Assembly: GCF_009831105.1 (NCBI RefSeq)
Contig: NZ_WUUQ01000001.1
Location: forward strand, 780,001 to 812,000
From: Copranaerobaculum intestinale
GTDB taxonomy: Bacteria; Bacillota_I; Bacilli_A; Erysipelotrichales; Erysipelotrichaceae
Length of the DNA: 32,000 bases
Direction of reading: 5' to 3'
The notes under the pieces are model-generated. The model was given only the letters and a program-made list of their open reading frames with translations. It searched no databases and was not told the DNA's origin. The translations under genes and the position numbers were made by a program. Positions 16,412-22,099 of this stretch are shown piece after piece; positions within the stretch are counted from its first letter, which is position 1; every line of letters begins with the position of its first letter.

Positions 16412-17096
16412 AAAAGTAAGAATATTGGTAGTTGAGGATGATCCGCAGATTCGTAACTTTATGATGTATTGCCTGCATAATGAAGATTTTCCATGTGAAT
16501 GCGCTGCGTGCGGGAAACAAGCGTTGAGCATGCTGATCAGTGAGCCAATCGATCTCATGCTGTTAGATCTGGGTCTGCCGGATATGGATGGAATGGACAT
16601 GATCCGGCATGTCCGTGAATGGTCCCAACTGCCGATCATTGTTGTATCAGCGCGCGATCAGGATAAAGAAAAGGCGGCTGCTTTAGATGGCGGGGCGGAT
16701 GATTATATCACAAAACCCTTTTCCGCAATGGAGCTGATGGCAAGAATCCGAGCGGCGCTTCGTCATCGGAAGCAGGATACCGGTACCAAAAAAATGAGCT
16801 TTGAAGTTCGCGGTTTGAAGATCGACTATGTGAAACGGATCGTATCTCTTAACGGTCAGGCTATACATGTCACACCGATGGAATACAGTATGCTGGTGCT
16901 GCTTTCTCAAAATGCCGGTAAGGTTTTGACAACCCAGATGCTGTTGAAAACAATCTGGGGCAGCAGCTATGGAACGGATACGCAGGCGCTGCGTGCTTTG
17001 ATGGCGGGATTGCGGCGGAAAATTGAAACCAGTCCTGCTGATCCGTCTTATATTTTCACCGAAATCGGAGTTGGTTATCGGATGGCTGATGAATAA
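16401..17096 (+). CDS. OmpR/PhoB-family response regulator, KdpE-like
   Basis: ILVVEDDPQIRNF...LMLLDLGLPDMDG receiver domain. Winged-helix tail LTPMEYSMLVLLSQNAGKVLTTQMLLKTIWG...TEIGVGYR. Overlaps the kinase stop by 11 nt. Confidence 0.9.
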   Translation: MEYEKVRILVVEDDPQIRNFMMYCLHNEDFPCECAACGKQALSMLISEPIDLMLLDLGLPDMDGMDMIRHVREWSQLPIIVVSARDQDKEKAAALDGGADDYITKPFSAMELMARIRAALRHRKQDTGTKKMSFEVRGLKIDYVKRIVSLNGQAIHVTPMEYSMLVLLSQNAGKVLTTQMLLKTIWGSSYGTDTQALRALMAGLRRKIETSPADPSYIFTEIGVGYRMADE

Positions 17097-17161
17097 TCTC
17101 ACAGGATTCTCACACGGAAATCGGTTCTCTCACACCCTTCTCACAGCTTATTTGTTAAGAT
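17097..17161 (+). promoter_or_regulatory. four phased TCTCACA direct repeats plus an extended -10 (candidate response-regulator operator/promoter)
   Basis: TCTCACA at 17097, 17108, 17128 and 17139 (spacings 11, 20, 11 bp). TGtTAAGAT extended -10 at 17153-17161. No -35 hexamer where one is expected (17133-17138). Confidence 0.5.
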
Positions 17162-17185
17162 AGGATTGTCAAAGGAGATGCTGGT

Positions 17186-17590
17186 ATGAAACAGGAATTT
17201 AAAATGCAGAAGCTGGATGACAGCAGTGAAGAAATTCGTGAAATGATCCGAGTAGGAAATTATCAGGAAAGTGAGACAAGGGTGCGGGAGCTTATGATGC
17301 TGTATCCTGACTGTGCGGCTCCGCACAATTTATACGGCATTATTATGGAGCTGCAGGGTGATCGGGTATGCGCAATGAAGCACTATCGGGTAGCCTGGGC
17401 GCTGGACAATACCTATATGCCGGCTCGTCATAATATGGAACGGCTGGCCGGCTTAGAAAAGTCTTGGAAGATTGCTTTTAATGCTCAGGACTGTATTTCT
17501 TCCAAACCAAAGAAACATATGGAAATCCAATATGATGAACACGGTGTCGGACACATTGTAAAATGTGCGATGCTGGGCTGTTCGCACTAA
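17186..17590 (+). CDS. small TPR-like protein with a Cys/His-rich tail
   Basis: AAGGAG lies 8 nt upstream. Helical-repeat-like NYQESETRVRELMMLYPDCAAPHNLYGIIMELQGDRVCAMKHYRVAWALD. C-terminal HGVGHIVKCAMLGCSH. Confidence 0.55.
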   Translation: MKQEFKMQKLDDSSEEIREMIRVGNYQESETRVRELMMLYPDCAAPHNLYGIIMELQGDRVCAMKHYRVAWALDNTYMPARHNMERLAGLEKSWKIAFNAQDCISSKPKKHMEIQYDEHGVGHIVKCAMLGCSH

Positions 17591-17614
17591 AAACACCAAA
17601 TTGGTGTTTTTTTC
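17590..17614 (+). terminator. intrinsic terminator
   Basis: AAACACC-AAAUU-GGUGUUU followed by UUUU. Confidence 0.75.
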
Positions 17615-17671
17615 TAGGTATGCGGAGAGGTAAGGTTTATACTATATATAGAGAAAAGGGAGGATTTGACA

Positions 17672-18340
17672 ATGTTAATAGAAGTAATTGCATCTACGCT
17701 TGATGAAGCACTGGAGCTGGAGCGGCTGGGCGCCGATCGCATCGAACTGGTGACGGCGGTCAGCGAGGGAGGACTTACACCATCGCATGCGATGATCAAT
17801 CAGGTATGTGAGCAGGTGCGGATTCCGGTTAACGTTATGCTGAAAACGCGCGGAGATTATCAGTTCAGCGACAATGATATGAAAATTATGCTGGAGGATC
17901 TTTCCTACATCCGTGCCAGCAAAGCGAACGGAATTGTATTTGGAGCGCTTAAAGGGGATACTCTTAATTTGAATTATATACAGCAGGTGATTGCGAATAA
18001 GGGACATTTACAGATGACTTTAAACCGCAGCTTTGACCGCACTGCTGATTTGGAAGAGGCATTGCTGGCAGTTGAGACTTTGCCGATCGATCGGATGCTT
18101 ACCTCGGGGCATGAGCAAAGTGTCATCACCGGAGCTTCTACTTATCGGATGATCCAGCAGCGGATGGCAGGTAAAATGATTGTGATGGCCGGAGCCGGTT
18201 TGAATTTAAAGAATGTCGATGCCTTTGTGAAAGAAAATCATCCGGCGGAAATCCATTTCGGCAGCGGTACTCACATCGATGGGAAATGGGGAAATCCGAT
18301 TAGTGAAGCAGCTTTAAAACAGTTGGTTAAGCTGAAATAA
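17672..18340 (+). CDS. cutC: copper homeostasis protein CutC family
   Basis: AAAGGGAGGA RBS 7 nt before ATG 17672. MLIEVIASTLDEALELERLGADRIELV...GGLTPS is the typical CutC N-terminus. Confidence 0.8.
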   Translation: MLIEVIASTLDEALELERLGADRIELVTAVSEGGLTPSHAMINQVCEQVRIPVNVMLKTRGDYQFSDNDMKIMLEDLSYIRASKANGIVFGALKGDTLNLNYIQQVIANKGHLQMTLNRSFDRTADLEEALLAVETLPIDRMLTSGHEQSVITGASTYRMIQQRMAGKMIVMAGAGLNLKNVDAFVKENHPAEIHFGSGTHIDGKWGNPISEAALKQLVKLK

Positions 18341-18391
18341 TCAGCCGCCGATAGGAAAAAATTGTCAGCTATACATATTTCATTGAATTGC

Positions 18392-18420
18392 TTGACTTTC
18401 CAAGTTTAGGGTGATATTCT
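18392..18420 (+). promoter_or_regulatory. promoter TTGACT-17 nt-TATTCT (TG-extended) for the cold-shock gene
   Basis: -35 at 18392-18397 and -10 at 18415-18420, preceded by TGa. Leaves a 5'UTR of about 115 nt. Confidence 0.5.
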
Positions 18421-18540
18421 TAACATGTATTTAAGCTGTATCAGAATTTTCACATAGCGAAAATTGTGTTAAACAGTTTTCTATGCAATGTGAAAATTTT
18501 TTTACGAAGCTGGGAATGCACATAATGGAGGTACCTATTA

Positions 18541-18741
18541 ATGAACACAGGTAAAGTAAAATGGTTTAATGCAGAAAAAGGATTTGGATTTATTACTACA
18601 GAAGATGGTAAAGATGTATTCGTACATTACTCAGCAATCCAGGGTTCAGGTTACAAATCTTTAGAAGAAGGCGAAACTGTAAGCTTCGAAATCACTGAAA
18701 GTGATCGTGGCCCACAGGCAGCTAACGTAACTCGCGCCTAA
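18541..18741 (+). CDS. cspA: cold-shock protein (CspA family)
   Basis: 66 aa. RNP1 KGFGFI and RNP2 VFVHY motifs. GGAGG RBS. Confidence 0.95.
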   Translation: MNTGKVKWFNAEKGFGFITTEDGKDVFVHYSAIQGSGYKSLEEGETVSFEITESDRGPQAANVTRA

Positions 18742-18761
18742 TTACAATTTGCAGATAACTA

Positions 18762-18789
18762 AAAAAGACTGTCACACAGCAGTCTTTTT
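18762..18789. terminator. bidirectional intrinsic terminator between csp and gltX
   Basis: AAAAAGACUG...CAGUCUUUUU, with A/U tracts on both sides. Confidence 0.75.
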
Positions 18790-18799
18790 CGTTGCTTCT

Positions 18800-20260
18800 T
18801 TATTCTGCTTTTAATTTTTCAATACCTATTTTCACACGGCGGATGCTTTCTTCCTTGCCCAGCAGATAGGATAATTCTATCGCACCTCCCGGAGTAAATG
18901 CTTTTCCCGATAAAGCGGTGCGGATCGGCCATAAAATTTGACCATTCTTCATTTCCTGCGCTTTGGCAATTCCTAACAGCTTCGTATGAATTTCTTCTTC
19001 ATTGTTCCAGTCTTCAATCGTATCCATGACCGGCAATGTCAGCTCTAAGGCCTTCAAAGCTATTTCCGGGGTAGTTTTCATTTTCTTATGGATGTATAGC
19101 TCACAGTTATATTCCGGCAGCTCATCGATGAAATCAACGGCTTCTTTGATTTCCCCGAATGTATTGACCCGTGGCTGAATCACCCGGCTTACCTCTTTTA
19201 AATTGACATTGCTGTGTATTGCATCTGAATAATAAGGCAACGCGTGGGCATGGAAATCATCCAGCGACATATTGCGGATATACGTTGCGTTAACCCATTT
19301 TAGTTTTTCAACATCAAATACCGATGGTGATTTGGACAAGCGGTGCTCATCGAACATTTCAATCAGCTGTTCCTTGCTGAAGATTTCCTCTTCTCCCTCA
19401 GGAGACCAGCCCAGCAGGGCCATGAAGTTGAACATTGCCTCCGGGAGATACCCGTTTTCTTTATACTGGGATATGTACTGCATGATAGAATGATCACGCT
19501 TTGATAATTTTTTGTGATTTTCATTAACGATCAGCGTCATATGCGCAAAGGTCGGAGCTTCCCAACCCAGCATGTCATAAATCATCAGCTGCTTCGGCGT
19601 ATTGGAAATGTGCTCTTCACCGCGGAATACGTGGCTGATATTCATCATGTGATCATCGATGACAACTGCGAAATTATATGTTGGGATGCCATTGCTTTTT
19701 ACAATCACCCAATCTCCGATATCCTTGGATTCAAAAGATATTGTGCCGCGGATCATATCATCGAATGTATATGTCTTGCCCTCTGGTACCTTTACGCGGA
19801 TTACATACGGCAGTCCGGCCGCTTCCTTCGCAGCAATTTCCTCATTGCTCAGATTTGCGCAATGGCGGTTATACATCGGTGCCAGACCAGCAGCTTCCTG
19901 GGCTTCCTTGACCTCGGCCAATTCTTCCGGCGTACAGAAACATTTATAAGCCAATCCCTTTTCCAGCATTTCATCAACGATGCGCTTATAGATATCAAGA
20001 CGTTCCATCTGACGATAAGGACCGCAGTCTCCCGGTTTCTGTGCGGATTCATCGGGTTCGATACCGAGCCAGCTCAAATATTCCAGTTGGGATTGCTCCC
20101 CGCCATCCACATTTCTCTCAATATCCGTATCTTCGATACGTAATACAAAATCTCCTTGATAGTGTTTTGCGAATAAATAATTAAACATTGCCGTTCTCGC
20201 GTTTCCAATGTGCAGAAAGCCCGTTGGACTAGGCGCATAACGTACTCTTACTTTTTTCAT
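18800..20260 (-). CDS. gltX: glutamate--tRNA ligase
   Basis: MKKVRVRYAPSPTGFLHIGNARTA (HIGH motif) and KLSKR (KMSKS motif). GAAAGGA RBS 9 nt before ATG 20260. The longer ORF-track start 20413 runs through the promoter region. Confidence 0.95.
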   Translation of the reverse strand: MKKVRVRYAPSPTGFLHIGNARTAMFNYLFAKHYQGDFVLRIEDTDIERNVDGGEQSQLEYLSWLGIEPDESAQKPGDCGPYRQMERLDIYKRIVDEMLEKGLAYKCFCTPEELAEVKEAQEAAGLAPMYNRHCANLSNEEIAAKEAAGLPYVIRVKVPEGKTYTFDDMIRGTISFESKDIGDWVIVKSNGIPTYNFAVVIDDHMMNISHVFRGEEHISNTPKQLMIYDMLGWEAPTFAHMTLIVNENHKKLSKRDHSIMQYISQYKENGYLPEAMFNFMALLGWSPEGEEEIFSKEQLIEMFDEHRLSKSPSVFDVEKLKWVNATYIRNMSLDDFHAHALPYYSDAIHSNVNLKEVSRVIQPRVNTFGEIKEAVDFIDELPEYNCELYIHKKMKTTPEIALKALELTLPVMDTIEDWNNEEEIHTKLLGIAKAQEMKNGQILWPIRTALSGKAFTPGGAIELSYLLGKEESIRRVKIGIEKLKAE

Positions 20261-20287
20261 ATAGGTCATCCTTTCGTCCAATTTCAT

Positions 20288-20316
20288 ATTATATAATAAT
20301 AAAAAGCGATATTCAA
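20288..20316 (-). promoter_or_regulatory. gltX promoter TTGAAT-17 nt-TATAAT
   Basis: Read on the minus strand: -35 at 20316-20311 and -10 at 20293-20288. The leader is short, so there is no room for a T-box. Confidence 0.6.
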
Positions 20317-20391
20317 CAAAACCACTGAAAAAGAAAGCGGATTTCTCATTTGGAAAAATTTCATAAAACCGAAAAAAAGGTATTTTTCTTG

Positions 20392-20420
20392 TTGACAAAT
20401 GCATGTATACCAATTAAAAT
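20392..20420 (+). promoter_or_regulatory. consensus promoter TTGACA-17 nt-TAAAAT for tRNA-Gln
   Basis: -35 at 20392-20397 and -10 at 20415-20420, about 18 nt before the tRNA 5' end. Confidence 0.6.
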
Positions 20421-20438
20421 TATGTGTGTTATCGACAT

Positions 20439-20514
20439 TGGGGTATAGCCAAGCGGTAAGGCACCAGACTCTGAATCTGGCATTTCCTTGGTTCGAATCC
20501 AAGTACCCCAGCCA
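20439..20514 (+). tRNA. tRNA-Gln (anticodon CUG)
   Basis: Cloverleaf: acceptor UGGGGUA/UACCCCA, anticodon stem CCAGA/UCUGG with loop CUCUGAA, T arm CUUGG-UUCGAAU-CCAAG, and encoded GCCA 3' end. Confidence 0.9.
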
Positions 20515-20526
20515 TAAGTAAAATAA

Positions 20527-20552
20527 AGTCGCAGAAAATGCGGCTTTTTTTA
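20527..20552 (+). terminator. intrinsic terminator after tRNA-Gln
   Basis: AGUCGCA-GAAAA-UGCGGCU followed by UUUUUUU. Confidence 0.75.
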
Positions 20553-20654
20553 TCTTTTCAAATTCTTGTACTAACGCCCCAGGAGGGTGAGCTTTCCTTT
20601 TTTCACAAGCCTCTGAAAGGCTGTTTTACCGCTTTATATAAGGCTTTATATACA

Positions 20655-20683
20655 TTGTATTCAAAGAATAGATATGATACAAT
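20655..20683 (+). promoter_or_regulatory. promoter TTGTAT-17 nt-TACAAT (TG-extended)
   Basis: -35 at 20655-20660 and TGaTACAAT at 20675-20683, upstream of the binding-protein gene. Confidence 0.5.
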
Positions 20684-20800
20684 TTGATATATAGAAAACG
20701 ATTTCATGCCTTTTTGTAATTATAAAAATATTGTGATTTCCAAAAATCAATAAGATATATAAATCATGAATGATAGAGCTGGCGGTAAAAGGAGCACGAT

Positions 20801-22099
20801 ATGAGGATAGGAAAGAATACATGGATGATCTGCTTGACAGCAGCTGCGCTATTGATCGTCAGCGGCTGCAGCGCTTGGACATCATCATTTTATGAACCGG
20901 AAAACACGCAGGATCAAACAGCCGAAAAGAGACTCACTTTTTTCGGGTTTAAATATGAAGCACTGAATGTGCAGGCCATTGAGAAGGCATTACACGGCTA
21001 TATGGAAAAGCACACGGATACGAATATCATGTATGAGGGAATCAAGGGGATCGACTATTATGATATTTTGGAAAAACGGATAAAAACCGGCCATGCTGAC
21101 GATATCTTTATGGTTGACCAAGCATCGGTTTTGGAATTGGCGAAAAACGGAAAGCTGGCTGATCTTTCAGATCTTTCTACCCTTGATAATTTCAGTGATC
21201 TGGTTAAGAGTCAGATGCTTGTAAATGGGAAGGTGAATTATGTGCCGACGACCATTTCTGCTTTTGGTCTCTACTGCAATGAAGATCTGCTGAAAAAATA
21301 TAAGCAGCGCATTCCGAACAACTTAGAGGAGTTTATGAAGGTTTGTGATTTCTTCGTGAAAAAGGGAATTACACCGATCATTGCCAATAATGATATATCC
21401 TTAAAGACGATTGCGATCGGCAGGGGAATGTATTCCGTTTATCAGCAAAAAGATATCGCAAAGCAGATGGAACAGTTTAATCGCGGTGAAGCAGATCTTG
21501 CGGACACGCTGCAGCCCGGTTTTGATTTGGTAGAAACCATGCTGAAACGCGGTTACGTCAATGTGGAACAAACGCTGAAGACTGAAAAGACCAAAGATGA
21601 TCTGGTTGATTTTGCCAAAGGTGAAAATCCTTTTATGCTGACAGGGGCATGGGCAGCTCCCCGGCTTCGCGATCTGAATTTGAAGTTCAGTTTTTCAATT
21701 CATCCTTATCCAATTTTGGCCGATGGCAGTGTCATGGTCATGAATATTGATACCCGCGTTGCGGTAAATACGGATAGTACGCATGTAGAAGAGGCAAAAC
21801 AGTTTGTAGAATATCTGACTCAAAAGGATGTTATGTGGGAATTTGTCAACAGTTTAAGCTCGTTCAGTCCGCTGGAAGAGAAACGGAATTCCGAGGATCC
21901 GGCTATTTCGCCTATGAGCCCTTATATGGAAAACGGCAGGAGTGTTCTGGGATCCGATGATAATCTGGACTATCCGATTTGGAATTTGACGCGGACTTGT
22001 GTAGAAATGCTGTTAAAGGGAGCTAACAGTGCTGAGGTGACTAGTCAGCTGCGTGAGCAGCTGAAGCAGCTCCGGGAGGACAACGGTCATGCGAACTAA
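20801..22099 (+). CDS. ABC-type extracellular solute-binding lipoprotein (family 1, carbohydrate-type), orphan
   Basis: Signal peptide and lipobox LLIVSGC. Size and pattern (FFGFKYEA..., PIIANNDISLKT, MLTGAWAAP) are typical of sugar-binding proteins. AAAGGAG RBS. No permease genes follow. Confidence 0.8.
   Translation: MRIGKNTWMICLTAAALLIVSGCSAWTSSFYEPENTQDQTAEKRLTFFGFKYEALNVQAIEKALHGYMEKHTDTNIMYEGIKGIDYYDILEKRIKTGHADDIFMVDQASVLELAKNGKLADLSDLSTLDNFSDLVKSQMLVNGKVNYVPTTISAFGLYCNEDLLKKYKQRIPNNLEEFMKVCDFFVKKGITPIIANNDISLKTIAIGRGMYSVYQQKDIAKQMEQFNRGEADLADTLQPGFDLVETMLKRGYVNVEQTLKTEKTKDDLVDFAKGENPFMLTGAWAAPRLRDLNLKFSFSIHPYPILADGSVMVMNIDTRVAVNTDSTHVEEAKQFVEYLTQKDVMWEFVNSLSSFSPLEEKRNSEDPAISPMSPYMENGRSVLGSDDNLDYPIWNLTRTCVEMLLKGANSAEVTSQLREQLKQLREDNGHAN

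Noticed and set aside
17061-17124. 8-mer GAAATCGG occurring twice (17061 inside the regulator gene and 17117 between the TCTCACA repeat pairs)
   Set aside because: It is a single short repeat with one copy in coding sequence, and it has no symmetry or phasing. Probably coincidence.
19514-20143. 209-aa ORF (and nested 96-aa and 77-aa ORFs) antisense to gltX
   Set aside because: gltX on the minus strand has unmistakable HIGH and KMSKS motifs. The plus-strand ORFs have no RBS or recognisable motifs.
20561-20625. AGGAGGGTGAGC followed by a short open frame and a small AGCCU/AGGCU hairpin upstream of the binding-protein gene
   Set aside because: The GTG abuts the SD with no spacer, and the frame stops after 10 codons. 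The hairpin is only 5 bp with a poor U tract.
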